Both the position numbers and the translations under genes were made by a program. A stretch of 64,000 nucleotides of DNA. Source: Candidatus Latescibacterota bacterium (GTDB lineage Bacteria > Latescibacterota > CBDEFO01). The notes below the pieces were generated by a model. It ran no database searches. It was not told the DNA's origin and saw nothing but the letters and a program-made list of their open reading frames with translations. The stretch covers positions 864,001 through 928,000 of the forward strand of contig CBDEFO010000008.1 in NCBI GenBank assembly GCA_965237525.1. The letters are read 5' to 3'. Shown here in pieces: positions 31,469 through 41,716 of the stretch; the first letter of the stretch is position 1, and each line of letters starts with the position of its first letter.

Positions 31469-32596
31469 CTAAAGCACAGCTCTCTCCACAAACCAGAACA
31501 CCCCGAAGCAGAATATGACCGCAGACGCGCCTATGATCGCAACCGTCTCGTACCATCTGTATCTACTTGCATAATACAGGGCCGGGAATAATATAGATAC
31601 GATTGCCAACTGTCCTGCTTCGACCCCGACGTTGAAAGACAAAAGCGAAAGGATAAGCCCCTCCTTTGGGAGCCCCATCTCCCGCAATATGCCCGAAAAT
31701 CCGAATCCGTGAACAAGGCCAAAGAAAAACGTGATAATCCACCTCTTGCTGCTGTCCTCAGCAAAGGGGAAAGAGCGAAAGTAGAAGTAATATAGATTCT
31801 CCGCCGCTATGTAGGTGATAGAAAGAGCGATCCCCGCTTCGACTAACCTCGAGGGCAAAGAGACTACCTCCAAAGTAGCTAATATCAGCGTTATACTGTG
31901 AGCTACGGTAAACGAACTCACGATCTTGACCAAGTTCCCCAAGGTCTTTGCCAATATCAAAAGCCCCACCAAGAAAAGGATATGATCGTAGCCTGTAAAT
32001 ATGTGCTCTACGCCTAATTTCAGAAATTCGTATATCTGTACCAGGAGCGATGTGCCTTTCCTAGCCAGGTCAAGTTTATAGTCGTTAGCGGCGTTAAACA
32101 CATGTTTTCGAACGTCATCACCGAGATTTATCCTGGCAAAGTTCTGGTGCCTCAGATCTATATCGCTGAGTACCGTGCATTCGATTTTCAAGTCCTTAAT
32201 TTCATCTTCACTTTGATAGATCATTGCGATCTGCAAAGACCTAACGTGCAATCGGCCCTTGTGCAGCGTTTCGGACATCCTGAATCCCTGTAAAGAGGGC
32301 AGGCATCCGACGCCGTTATTGATTACTGTGATCTTCTGACTCACATACGCAAATATTGCGTCTTTGTGCTCTTCTATCTCGTTCCTTGCAATCAACTTAT
32401 CGCCGTTGCTGTCTATCCTTACGGCTTCAGAAAGGTCAGAGCTTGAGACAGAAAGTGTGTACCTAATACTTCTTTCCTCGACAGATATCTTCGAATAGCT
32501 AATAGTATTAGTATGCGCCCAAGCGTCATTTGCGGGTCGAACCCCTGCCATCGTCAGGGCCGCTATTCCTAACGACAAAAGAGCCTTTTTTATCAT
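31469..32596 (-). CDS. HupE/UreJ-family Ni/Co transporter-like protein
   Basis: AWAH, LGVEHIFTGYDHILF, SSFTVAHSITL, FGLVHGFGFS, FNVGVEAGQ. Confidence 0.88.
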   Translation of the reverse strand: MIKKALLSLGIAALTMAGVRPANDAWAHTNTISYSKISVEERSIRYTLSVSSSDLSEAVRIDSNGDKLIARNEIEEHKDAIFAYVSQKITVINNGVGCLPSLQGFRMSETLHKGRLHVRSLQIAMIYQSEDEIKDLKIECTVLSDIDLRHQNFARINLGDDVRKHVFNAANDYKLDLARKGTSLLVQIYEFLKLGVEHIFTGYDHILFLVGLLILAKTLGNLVKIVSSFTVAHSITLILATLEVVSLPSRLVEAGIALSITYIAAENLYYFYFRSFPFAEDSSKRWIITFFFGLVHGFGFSGILREMGLPKEGLILSLLSFNVGVEAGQLAIVSILFPALYYASRYRWYETVAIIGASAVIFCFGVFWFVERAVL

Positions 32597-33127
32597 TACA
32601 TCTGACCTCCTGCTCTTATATTTTCCTCAAAGTGTCGCAGAGCTTTTGGAAAATATAGTTACAGAGTTCTTCAAAGTCCAGATTTTCGGATCTACTGTCT
32701 ATTTTTAGCCTGACAAAGTAGGATAAATTGTTACATTTAAGATGTAAGAGGGCTTGAATATCTTTATCGAGTCAATCGCAGTTAGCTAACAGCAGGAAAC
32801 AGAAAGGAGAGCTGATCAGTCAATATCTGTGAGTGTGCCTGTCGGATGACATATTTGCTTGCCTACAGAGACCGTAATTTGAGATTGTGCCGACGGCACT
32901 GGCTGTCTTAGATCAGGTTGCGAGTATTGAACCGATGCGAAGAGGACGCCTGGGAAGCGTAATCTGATGGACTGTCAGCACTCCTCTTATAAGGGAAAAG
33001 CAGTAGGGCCACAGCCGGCCAGAACAGCTAACACGAAGATCTGCCCCTCGTAAGGAACTATACCTAAAAAGGTAATACAGCGACCGCAAGAGGGGCAGGT
33101 TTTATTGCAATACGGAAGGCAAAACCT

Positions 33128-33988
33128 TTAAAAGCTCTCAAAGTAGATAATCCTCAGCTCGCGGCTGGGTTCGTCACTTTTGGCTTTTGAAATGAGGTCT
33201 TTCACGTCGAACTCGAAGCTAAAATCTGAAGATATGTTCCATCTTGCACCCGCGTTGAGGTAGCCTTCACCGGAGAAGAGATCATCTCTGTCGCTGTCAT
33301 TGATCGCAAAATCGTACTCCACAAGGAGGGAAAGTTCCGCATTTATCCCTTTGTCCAATCCGATGTAACCTGAGATGTCGTCATCTTGGTCCTTATCCTC
33401 CAAAGTGCGATTTACTCCCCCATGCAGACCCAATCTCCCAAAGGCTGTTGAAAAATTTCTGCTCAGGGCCGCATAGAAACCTTTTGACTTTATGTCGTAT
33501 CTCTCAAGTTCGTCATCGTAGCCTCCGAACCCTTGAGATTCAAAGCCTATAACTAAAGCCGCAAAGCTTGACGATTCCTCAAAGAGCCTGTATTTTCCTC
33601 TAAATCCGACTTTTGGGTTCCAGTCTATATCCTGGCTCCCTATTATTCCCTCTCCTCCGAACGAAAAGCCCACTGAAAGCCTGTCCGCAAGGTTTACTTC
33701 GAGGGCACCGAGTATCCCGCCTTTGGCGAACAGCCTGAGGTCTATGTCAAAACTGCCTTTTGGGTGCAATCCGGCTGTCGGGCTGTCTATGAGCCTTTCT
33801 ATTTGAAGAGCTTGCTGACCTTCTGAAGGGGAATTTAGCATAGACAAAAAAAGAACCACCAAAATCAGCAGACAGTTGGCAGTAGACAATAGACGGGGCA
33901 CCTCCTCTCTTTCCCCCTGTATGCTGTCAATTGTTTGCTGGCAACTTGTTTTGCTGTTTACATGTAATTGCGATTTCTCTTTCTTCAT
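33128..33988 (-). CDS. YjbH-domain / outer-membrane beta-barrel-like protein (start uncertain)
   Basis: LIDSPTAG motif, alternating beta-strand pattern, terminal Phe. Confidence 0.6.
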   Translation of the reverse strand: MKKEKSQLHVNSKTSCQQTIDSIQGEREEVPRLLSTANCLLILVVLFLSMLNSPSEGQQALQIERLIDSPTAGLHPKGSFDIDLRLFAKGGILGALEVNLADRLSVGFSFGGEGIIGSQDIDWNPKVGFRGKYRLFEESSSFAALVIGFESQGFGGYDDELERYDIKSKGFYAALSRNFSTAFGRLGLHGGVNRTLEDKDQDDDISGYIGLDKGINAELSLLVEYDFAINDSDRDDLFSGEGYLNAGARWNISSDFSFEFDVKDLISKAKSDEPSRELRIIYFESF

Positions 33989-34376
33989 CGTCTCCGATTC
34001 GTATTTGTACTTCTATGCTGTCTTCGGGCATTAGGGCCTCTATCTTGTCCGCCCATTCTATCAGACAGACGCCGTCTCCGTAGAAATACTCTTCATAGCC
34101 TAATTCTAAGATCTCCTCTGGGATCGTTAATCTGTAGAGGTCAAAGTGATAGATGGGGAATTTGGCTTGATATTGGTTGATAATCACGAACGTTGGACTG
34201 GAAATTTGATCTTCTACGTCCAGCCCTCTGCAGACTCCCCTTACAAAGCAGGTCTTGCCCGCGCCGAGTTCCCCTACAAGGCCGACCACCGTCCCTGGTT
34301 TTAACCCCTCTGCAAATTCTTCTCCGAACTTTTCTGTCTCCTGTTGGCTCGAGGTTACGACTCGACGTGATTGCAT
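33927..34376 (-). CDS. tsaE: tRNA threonylcarbamoyladenosine biosynthesis ATPase TsaE
   Basis: GELGAGKT, SSPTF, YHFDLYRL, LIEWAD. Confidence 0.95.
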   Translation of the reverse strand: MQSRRVVTSSQQETEKFGEEFAEGLKPGTVVGLVGELGAGKTCFVRGVCRGLDVEDQISSPTFVIINQYQAKFPIYHFDLYRLTIPEEILELGYEEYFYGDGVCLIEWADKIEALMPEDSIEVQIRIGDDEEREIAITCKQQNKLPANN

Positions 34377-34487
34377 CGCCCGCAGCGAACGCTCCGTCTT
34401 TTCCACCGTAATGGTTCCTTAGTTAAAGTGGTCAGCAAGGGTCTGTCCTGGCTACCGCCGATATATTCAATCGTAGGCTACTTCTAT

Positions 34488-36047
34488 TCACTTGGGATTC
34501 ATCACCACTACGGGGAGGATCATCTCCTCTAATGATATTCCTCCGTGCTGGAAGTTCCCTTTATAGTACCTTTCGTGCTCTCTTAGCTTGGTGGGATAGA
34601 CAAAGTAGTAGTCCTCTTTGGCTATTATGAAATTTGTCCTCATGCCGATATAAGGGAGCTTATACTCCTCCATATCTTCGATGAAGAGGGCTTGTCTTTT
34701 GTCACATCGCAAGTTTTTGCCGTATTTATATCTTAGGCTTGTGGACGTGTGTCTGTCTCCGTAGACTAAAGCAGACCTTGTCCCTAAAATGCTTCCGTGG
34801 TCGGTGGTCAAAACTACCACGGCATCCAGTCGCGCAATTTTCTTTAACATATCAAAAAGGGGCGAATGTATAAACCAGGACTTTGCAAGGGACCTTAAAG
34901 CCGCTTCGTCAGGAGCGATCTGTTGCAATATCTCTGACTCGGACCTCCCGTGGATCAGAATGTCCAAGAAATTGTAAACGGCAGAAACCAAAGGGACATC
35001 CCTGAAGGAATTTATCTTCTTTGCCAGGTTATTCCCCTCAGCCGTATTCAGGACTTTGACGTATTTGGAGCCGGGTCGGAGATCTAGACCCATGTTCGAG
35101 AGTTGGGCGTCTAGGAATTGATGTTCGTGGCGATTTCTGCTGTACTCGTCCTCTTTGCCTGCTCTCCAAAGCTGTGGATACTTATCTTCGATCTGGCTGG
35201 GGAAAAGACCGCTGAATATGGCGTTTCTGGAATAGGGCGTTGCAGTCGGCAAGATGGAATAATAGTAGCTTCTTTTGACGCTGTAAAGTTCCGACAAAAT
35301 AGGCTCTATCGAGAGCCACTGATCCAACCTCAAACAGTCAACGACTATGAAAAAGACCTGTTTTCCCGCGGCAAGATATGGATATACAAACTCCGATATT
35401 ACATCCACGGACAAAATAGGAGGATCGTCGTCTTGGAGCCAGTGTTTATATCTGCTTTCTACATATTTTCCAAACTCCATGTTGCACTTTCTCTTTTGGT
35501 CCTTGTGCAACTGCTTCAAGCCGCTGTCTTCGATATACTCGATCTCTAAATCCCACTCTGCCAGCTTGGAGTAGATTTCTACCCAATCCTCCCATGCCAT
35601 TCTTTCCGACAGCGTCTTGTCTATCTGTCCGAACTCCCAGACATAGTCCTTTCCGGCTCTGTCCTTCCTTATTTGGCCTACCTCGAGGATGCGCTTGCAG
35701 GCCGAAAGGATCTGGCTGGGGTTTACGGGCTTTGTCAGGTAATCATCGATCCTCTTTCCGATGGCTTCATCCATTAGATGCTCCTCTTTGTTCTTTGTGA
35801 TCATAACCACCGGAATGTTGGGGTCTATATCCTTAATATCAGAAAGTGTGGAGAGTCCGTCTTTACCGGGCATCATCTCGTCTAAGAGCACAATATCGAA
35901 AGGCTCCTTTTGGACCATAGAGATAGCATCTTCGCCGTTGGCCACAGGTGTCACTGCGTAGCCCCTTTGACCCAAGAATATGATATGCGATCTCAGAAGG
36001 TCTATCTCATCGTCCGCCCAAAGGATTTTTCGCTTGTCAAGATTCAT
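34488..36047 (-). CDS. PorX-like response regulator (REC + PglZ/alkaline-phosphatase domain)
   Basis: ILWADDE, LLDEMMPG, DYLTKP, VDCLRLDQW, ILPTATPYSRNAIFSG, TTDHG, FQHGGISLEEM. Confidence 0.9.
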   Translation of the reverse strand: MNLDKRKILWADDEIDLLRSHIIFLGQRGYAVTPVANGEDAISMVQKEPFDIVLLDEMMPGKDGLSTLSDIKDIDPNIPVVMITKNKEEHLMDEAIGKRIDDYLTKPVNPSQILSACKRILEVGQIRKDRAGKDYVWEFGQIDKTLSERMAWEDWVEIYSKLAEWDLEIEYIEDSGLKQLHKDQKRKCNMEFGKYVESRYKHWLQDDDPPILSVDVISEFVYPYLAAGKQVFFIVVDCLRLDQWLSIEPILSELYSVKRSYYYSILPTATPYSRNAIFSGLFPSQIEDKYPQLWRAGKEDEYSRNRHEHQFLDAQLSNMGLDLRPGSKYVKVLNTAEGNNLAKKINSFRDVPLVSAVYNFLDILIHGRSESEILQQIAPDEAALRSLAKSWFIHSPLFDMLKKIARLDAVVVLTTDHGSILGTRSALVYGDRHTSTSLRYKYGKNLRCDKRQALFIEDMEEYKLPYIGMRTNFIIAKEDYYFVYPTKLREHERYYKGNFQHGGISLEEMILPVVVMNPK

Positions 36048-36050
36048 AGT

Positions 36051-37469
36051 CTATTCCCTTACAGTCTGGAGTCTACGGTGGCCCTCTGTCGGATCTTTTT
36101 GGGACCCATTGATCGCTTCTAAAGAGCGCCCTTGGACGTAATCACCGACAGGCAGCATAACCCGCACTGTCGTTCCCAGGCCCGGCGCGCTTTCTTTTAT
36201 GAAGATCTTGCCTTTGTGATAATCCTCGACTATCCTTTTGACAAACGTCATTCCCAGGCCCCATCCTCTGCCTTTAGTGCTGTAGCCGGGCAGGAAGATT
36301 TTCTTTTGATCCTGAACGTTTATTCCCCTTCCGTTGTCTTGGATATCTATTTGGATCCACTTTCCGCCTTCTTTAAAGTATGTCCTTATCTCTATTTTTC
36401 CATTTGCATTATCTATTGCGTCCATGGAGTTTTTGATCAGGTTCTCAAAGACCCAGCCTAAAAGTTGACCATTTATTATGACTTCAGGGACTCCCCCGAA
36501 GTTTTCCACTATCTCCACTTTTCTTCCGATCTGCGGCAGACGGTGTTGGAAATAGGATATAGTCTCACAGATCACGTCTTCCACATTCCCACTCTTCAAC
36601 TCGGGAACTGAGCCTATCTGGCCGAATCTGGAGGCGACTTTATTGAGCCTCTTTAAATCGTCCTCCATTTCATCTATTTTGCTTTGGAGACTGCGGGAGT
36701 TGTCTCTCCTTTCCCTGCCTGTATACTCGTGCAGTTCGGATTTCATCAATTCCAGCCACCCAGAAAGTGATGAAAGCGGTGTACCTAACTGATGCGCTGT
36801 CTCCTTTGCCATGCCCGTCCATATATACCTTTGCTCACTGTTTTTGATGTTATGAAAGCCTATGAACCCTATCACTATGAACAAAAATATGGCGGCTATC
36901 TCCAAGAAGGGGACCCACCAGAGCCTGTTGACCGCAGGGGGATCGCCGTAGTGAATTGTCAGATATTTGCCTGGAACCGGCTCGAACGTAATCGGCTCAT
37001 TTATCTTGTCCATCTCCTGGGCCATCTTTAGCAGTTCGGGTTTAATATCCCTTATGTACTCTTTTATGTTGATCTTGCTGCTGTGTGGATGGGGTATGTC
37101 CGGTATCTTGTTCCAAGAATCTATTACTTTTATTTCCCCAATATCCATAGTAATTATCATAGGGAAATCAAATTTTTCGATCAGATTGAAGCTGGCTGAT
37201 AAAGCTGCATGTTCTGCCTGTTCAGAACCGGATGCCCCCACAGTCGAAAGCAAGGTCACGTGGGATTTGACTGTCTCCCTGGCATTTACTCTCAGTTCTT
37301 GGATAACCCATCTGGTATGGACCAAAAAAAGTAGGATAATAGCCACGCCTATAACGAAAAGATAGCTTCTAAAGATTGAGGGTGTTACCTCAAATAAGAA
37401 CTTTTCCGACTTGAGTTTCGATTTCAACTTCCCCCAAATGCCGGGGTTCTCTTTATTCCTTTGAATCAC
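36051..37469 (-). CDS. Membrane sensor histidine kinase (start uncertain)
   Basis: Two TM segments, AKETAHQLGTPLS H-box, ENLIKNSMDA N-box, DNGRG, GWGLGM. Confidence 0.92.
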   Translation of the reverse strand: MIQRNKENPGIWGKLKSKLKSEKFLFEVTPSIFRSYLFVIGVAIILLFLVHTRWVIQELRVNARETVKSHVTLLSTVGASGSEQAEHAALSASFNLIEKFDFPMIITMDIGEIKVIDSWNKIPDIPHPHSSKINIKEYIRDIKPELLKMAQEMDKINEPITFEPVPGKYLTIHYGDPPAVNRLWWVPFLEIAAIFLFIVIGFIGFHNIKNSEQRYIWTGMAKETAHQLGTPLSSLSGWLELMKSELHEYTGRERRDNSRSLQSKIDEMEDDLKRLNKVASRFGQIGSVPELKSGNVEDVICETISYFQHRLPQIGRKVEIVENFGGVPEVIINGQLLGWVFENLIKNSMDAIDNANGKIEIRTYFKEGGKWIQIDIQDNGRGINVQDQKKIFLPGYSTKGRGWGLGMTFVKRIVEDYHKGKIFIKESAPGLGTTVRVMLPVGDYVQGRSLEAINGSQKDPTEGHRRLQTVRE

Positions 37470-37527
37470 CTTTCTCACTCCCTTTATGGGTAGACAGGGG
37501 GCACCGCCTCCCATACCTGTAAACTGT

Positions 37528-38811
37528 CTACTTTTTACTATCTACTATTTCTTCCAGCCCTCCCATATAGTCTCTGAGCACGTCCGGTATCACTATTGAA
37601 CCGTCCTTTTGCTGATAGTTTTCCATAATTGCTATGACCGTTCTGGGGAGGGCAAGTCCGGAGCCGTTGAGTGTGTGGACGAATTCCACCTTTGCTCCGT
37701 CCTCGCGTCTGAATCTGATGTTAGCTCTCCTTGCTTGAAAGTCAGTGAAGGTACTGCAGGAGGACACCTCAAGAAATCGCTTAACACCTGAGGCCCACAC
37801 TTCTATGTCGTAGCACTTGGACGCAGCAAAGCTTAAGTCCCCTGTTGAAAGTTCTACCACCCTATAGGGGAGTTTCAGAAGCTGCAGCACTTCCTCTGCA
37901 TTCCCAAGAAGGCTTTCTAACTCATTCGGGGACTCCTCAGGCAACACGAATTTGACCATCTCCACCTTGTCGAATTGGTGGACCCTAATTAGGCCCCTTG
38001 TGTCCTTGCCATAGGAACCGGCTTCCCTCCGGAAGCAGGCCGTGTAGGACGTCAGATAGATAGGTAAATCTTCGCCTTTTAGTATCTCGTCTTTGTAGAT
38101 GTTCGTAACGGGGACTTCGGCTGTCGGAATCAAGAAGAGGTCGTCCTCTTCACAAAGATACATATCCTCCTCCAACTTGGGGAGCTGTCCTGTGCCGGTC
38201 ATAGCCTCCCTGTTGACCATAAAGGGCGGAAAGACCTCAGTGTAGCCGTGCTTTTCGATGTGGAGATCTATCATGAAGGCCACCAGAGCCCTCTGGAGTT
38301 TGGCTCCTACGCCCATGAACATGGCAAATCCTGAGCCTGCTATCTTCGAAGCCCTTCCCATATCGAGTATTTGGAGCCTTTCGCCGATATCCCAGTGCGC
38401 AAACGGAACAAAGTCGAAAGTTGGTTTTTCACCCCAGTTTTTGATCACCACGTTGGAGGACTCATCTGATCCCACAGGTGCAGATGAGTCGGGGATATTC
38501 GGCACCCACATCAGCACTTTCTGAAGCTGTGCATTTATAACTCTTATCTTATCGTCGAACTTCTTTATTGTGTAGGAGACCTTCTTCATCTCCTCTACTA
38601 TCAAAGAGGCGTCCTGCCCTTCCTTTTTAAGTTTTCCGATCTCTTTGGAGACCTTGTTCCTTTTGCCCTTAAGATCATCTACCCGACTTGACAGACTCCT
38701 TTTCTCTTCATCAAGTTCCAAAATCCTGTCTATATCGACAGACTCGCCTTTATTACGAGCACCTTTCTTGACAATATCCTCATTTTCCCTTATGAACCTC
38801 AAGTCCAGCAT
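37528..38811 (-). CDS. serS: Serine-tRNA ligase
   Basis: MLDLRFIREN, LIPTAEVP, CFRREAGS, RVHQFDKVE, EVSSCS, HTLNGSGLA. Confidence 0.98.
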   Translation of the reverse strand: MLDLRFIRENEDIVKKGARNKGESVDIDRILELDEEKRSLSSRVDDLKGKRNKVSKEIGKLKKEGQDASLIVEEMKKVSYTIKKFDDKIRVINAQLQKVLMWVPNIPDSSAPVGSDESSNVVIKNWGEKPTFDFVPFAHWDIGERLQILDMGRASKIAGSGFAMFMGVGAKLQRALVAFMIDLHIEKHGYTEVFPPFMVNREAMTGTGQLPKLEEDMYLCEEDDLFLIPTAEVPVTNIYKDEILKGEDLPIYLTSYTACFRREAGSYGKDTRGLIRVHQFDKVEMVKFVLPEESPNELESLLGNAEEVLQLLKLPYRVVELSTGDLSFAASKCYDIEVWASGVKRFLEVSSCSTFTDFQARRANIRFRREDGAKVEFVHTLNGSGLALPRTVIAIMENYQQKDGSIVIPDVLRDYMGGLEEIVDSKK

Positions 38812-38941
38812 TATGCCGTCCCCGTGGATATCTGAATTTGCAAAAGTGCAACCATTTAAAGTACCTTAACTGATAAAATATAATGAACTGTAAACAGAAA
38901 ACCAAATTTTTTCGTCAAAGTCGGTAAAATACAAAAATATC

Positions 38942-38994
38942 TTGACAAGTTGGAACTTAAATCCTATAATTTTGTTATACCCTATAGGGGTATA
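38942..38994 (+). promoter_or_regulatory. Consensus sigma70 promoter with downstream CsoR-type operator
   Basis: TTGACA (38942-38947), 17 bp, TATAAT (38965-38970); pseudo-palindrome TATACCCTATAGGGGTATA (38976-38994) upstream of csoR. Confidence 0.88.
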
Positions 38995-39035
38995 TTAAAT
39001 GATGTCGGTAGCCGAGCAGAAAGGAGAAGAGGAAA

Positions 39036-39350
39036 ATGGTACAAACAGAGGGCATCTGCATAGACCAGGACGTCTACCTTACTCCTGATGTCGAAAAGGA
39101 TCTATCAGATCGTCTCAGCCGAATCGAGGGACAGGTCAGAGGACTTAAAAAGATGCTTCTTGAGCATAAGGACTGTGAAAGCCTCCTGATCCAGGCAGCG
39201 GCCATTAAGGGAGCGATCACTGAGGTAACGATTAAGCTTCTGGAAGGACATATGGAGACGTGCGTGGCGGACTGTGTGGAACGGGGCCAGGGCGTCGAAG
39301 CGCTGGAGAAGCTCAAAGGGGCATTGGAAAAAGTGCTCAGAAAGTCATAA
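39036..39350 (+). CDS. csoR: CsoR/RcnR-family metal-sensing repressor (C-H-C ligands)
   Basis: RLSRIEGQVRGLKKM, DCESLLIQ, LEGHMETCV; matching operator upstream. Confidence 0.92.
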   Translation: MVQTEGICIDQDVYLTPDVEKDLSDRLSRIEGQVRGLKKMLLEHKDCESLLIQAAAIKGAITEVTIKLLEGHMETCVADCVERGQGVEALEKLKGALEKVLRKS

Positions 39351-39380
39351 ACTTTATCTTAAAGCAGAAAGGAGATAGAT

Positions 39381-39965
39381 ATCGAAAAGCAATCATTATC
39401 AACTGTGGGTGCACTGACTGCGGGATTAGGTGCCTCGCTGTGCTGTATTGGACCGGTGGTGTTAGCCGTGTTGGGGCTTGGAGGCGCTGGACTGTTGGTC
39501 AGTCTCGAATCGTATCGTCCATATCTTATTGCGATAACAACAGTTCTGTTGGGACTCGGCTTTTGCCTTAATTACCGTAGTCCGAAAGAGGACTGCCAAG
39601 AGGGGGAAGTCTGCGCTCAGCCATCAGGAAAAAAGGCGGGAAAGATTACCCTGTGGATCGCCACAGCGGCCGTGATCCTCTTTGTGGCGTTCCCGTTTCT
39701 GCCGTTTGCAACGACAACTCAGGCGACAGTGGACGAAGGGCAATCGACCGTGATATTAGATGTGCAGGGGATGACCTGTGACGCCTGCGGCGTGGCGATC
39801 AAGGTCGCACTTTCAAAGTTGGACGGCGTCAAGAGTGCAGAGGTGGATTTTGACAAAAAGGCTGCTGAAGTTGCCTACGAAGAGGAGATGGTCACAGCTG
39901 GGGAAATGATCGCCGCTATCCAACATTTAGGTTATGGAGCAAGTCTCCCAGAAGGCCAAAATTAG
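39381..39965 (+). CDS. MerT-like transporter fused to HMA (MerP/CopZ) domain
   Basis: ASLCCIGP, YRPY, DCQEGEVC, GMTCDAC; RBS AAAGGAG precedes in-frame ATC at 39381 (first GTG at 39405). Confidence 0.85.
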   Translation: MEKQSLSTVGALTAGLGASLCCIGPVVLAVLGLGGAGLLVSLESYRPYLIAITTVLLGLGFCLNYRSPKEDCQEGEVCAQPSGKKAGKITLWIATAAVILFVAFPFLPFATTTQATVDEGQSTVILDVQGMTCDACGVAIKVALSKLDGVKSAEVDFDKKAAEVAYEEEMVTAGEMIAAIQHLGYGASLPEGQN

Positions 39966-40015
39966 GAAGTATTTACGTGAGAAGTACGCATAATTCAAAC
40001 AGAAAGTGAGATTAC

Positions 40016-40999
40016 ATGCTGGGGCGCGATGAATTAAAAGCAGAAAGGATTTTAAAGATACTTTTACGGCTGAGCACAACTCGCGGCGTAAAAGTGTCCG
40101 ATTTAGCTGAGCAGTTTAACACGACGCAGCGGACTATATACAGAAATCTGACATCTCTTTCCCGATTGGGAGCGCCCATCTACAGCGACAGAGACGGATG
40201 GAAACTGCTTTCTGATTATTCTCCCCCGACCATCGGGCTTTCTTTGGAGGAAGCCGTAGCTTTACACGTGTCAGCCTCGTCCGCACCCACAGAGAAGATT
40301 CAGCCTTTTTCCAGACAGGTCAAATCTGCACTTTCGAAGATAAAAGAAACTTTTACAGATATGGTCAGAAGGGAGTTAGAGGAGATTCTCAGCAAGATCG
40401 ATATAGTGCCTCAGACAGGAGCAGACGATTCCAAAAGCAAAAAATTGGGCACTCTGTTCGACAGGGTGGAAAAATCTATATACAATAAGACCTCGATCAT
40501 AGCTTCGTACCGATCAGTCTCCAGAGATGAGCCTATAGAGCTCCGATTTGACCCTTATGCTCTCTTCTTCCGCCGACATTCCTGGTATCTGGCGGCGTAC
40601 GATCATAAAGATGAAAGGACAGAGGTCTTCAGGATGAACAGATTCGAATGGGTAAAAAGAACAAAAACCATATTCGATATTCCAGATGATCTCTCCTTAC
40701 AGGATTTTCTGTTGGACTCGTGGTACGTGTTTATGGGAGATGGGGAAGAAGTCGAAGTGGTGATCAGATTTTCTCCCAGAGTAGTTCCATTGGCAGAGGA
40801 AAGAGCACAAGGTCCGAATAGGAGCATAGAGCGACTCCCCGACGGGTCTGCAATTTACAGGGCGAAAGTCAAGGGGACTAAGGAGATAGGTTTCTGTGTA
40901 CTCAGTTTTGGAGATGAGGCAGCGGTTCTGGAGCCTCCTGAACTCAGGGAGGAAATGGGGAAAATAGCTCGAAAGGTAGCAGGATTATACGGAAGATAG
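40016..40999 (+). CDS. HTH-WYL-WCX transcriptional regulator (YafY/PafC-like)
   Basis: LAEQFNTTQRTIYRNL HTH, DPYAL...WYLAAY...FRMNR WYL, SFGDEAAVLEPPELR WCX. Confidence 0.92.
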   Translation: MLGRDELKAERILKILLRLSTTRGVKVSDLAEQFNTTQRTIYRNLTSLSRLGAPIYSDRDGWKLLSDYSPPTIGLSLEEAVALHVSASSAPTEKIQPFSRQVKSALSKIKETFTDMVRRELEEILSKIDIVPQTGADDSKSKKLGTLFDRVEKSIYNKTSIIASYRSVSRDEPIELRFDPYALFFRRHSWYLAAYDHKDERTEVFRMNRFEWVKRTKTIFDIPDDLSLQDFLLDSWYVFMGDGEEVEVVIRFSPRVVPLAEERAQGPNRSIERLPDGSAIYRAKVKGTKEIGFCVLSFGDEAAVLEPPELREEMGKIARKVAGLYGR

Positions 41000-41089
41000 A
41001 CTAAAATATCTTCAGTAGGTGTAGATGAGTTTTATTACAACACTCAGTTGACAGCTAATCCTTTCCCATTTTGAGAACGGAGTGATAAA

Positions 41090-41569
41090 ATGTCTGGCTG
41101 TTGGGAAATTGATAGAATAGAAACTGTCTCTTCTTCAAAATGTCCCGAATGCGGAAACAAAGGCAAAAAGGTGGAGGAAGTCACACTTCAACATCTTTTA
41201 ACAGATGAGAACATCCCTTTGATTCAAGATGCTCAATATTACTTCTGCCAAACTCCGCGGTGCGAGGTAGTCTATTTTTCAAACGATGCCTGCCAACGTT
41301 TCCAGAAATCAGACATACGGGTTCGCGTAGGAGTAAAGGAGACCGAAGATCCGATTCCTGTGTGCTACTGCTTCAATTTCACAGAGAAGATGATCTCTGA
41401 TGAGATCGCCCTGCATCAGAAGATGGCAATCCCTAAGAGGATCAGAGCTGAAGTAACGGCTGGCAACTGCGAATGTGAGATAAAAAATCCCAAAGGCAGT
41501 TGTTGCTTAGGTGATGTGAGTCGGGTTGTTAAAAAGGCGACAAAACTGCATAAAGCTGTCGCAGTGTAG
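41090..41569 (+). CDS. Cys-rich metal-binding protein (CopZ N-terminal Zn/[2Fe-2S], Csac_0668-like)
   Basis: CPECG, FCQTPRCEVVYF, VCYCF, CECEIKNPKGSCCLG. Confidence 0.85.
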   Translation: MSGCWEIDRIETVSSSKCPECGNKGKKVEEVTLQHLLTDENIPLIQDAQYYFCQTPRCEVVYFSNDACQRFQKSDIRVRVGVKETEDPIPVCYCFNFTEKMISDEIALHQKMAIPKRIRAEVTAGNCECEIKNPKGSCCLGDVSRVVKKATKLHKAVAV

Positions 41570-41716
41570 GGAGCGTTTATAAGCTCTCAGCTTATCTCTA
41601 ATAAGGGGATTTTCAAAGAGATATTATGTCTAAATGATAAGATGTCTAAATGATAACATGTAGTCACTCAAACAACTTATCAACCGTTTAATCTTCTTTC
41701 ATAGGAGGTAGGGACT

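Noticed and set aside
32600..33120. Cobalamin or NiCo riboswitch upstream of the HupE/UreJ gene
   Set aside because: I could not find the B12-box or a complete NiCo consensus on the minus strand; only a CTGCCCCTC...GAGGGGCAG inverted repeat. An Rfam scan would settle it
41626..41660. 16-bp tandem duplication ATGTCTAAATGATAA in the spacer before the HMA gene
   Set aside because: Only two copies and no recognisable regulator motif; probably slippage
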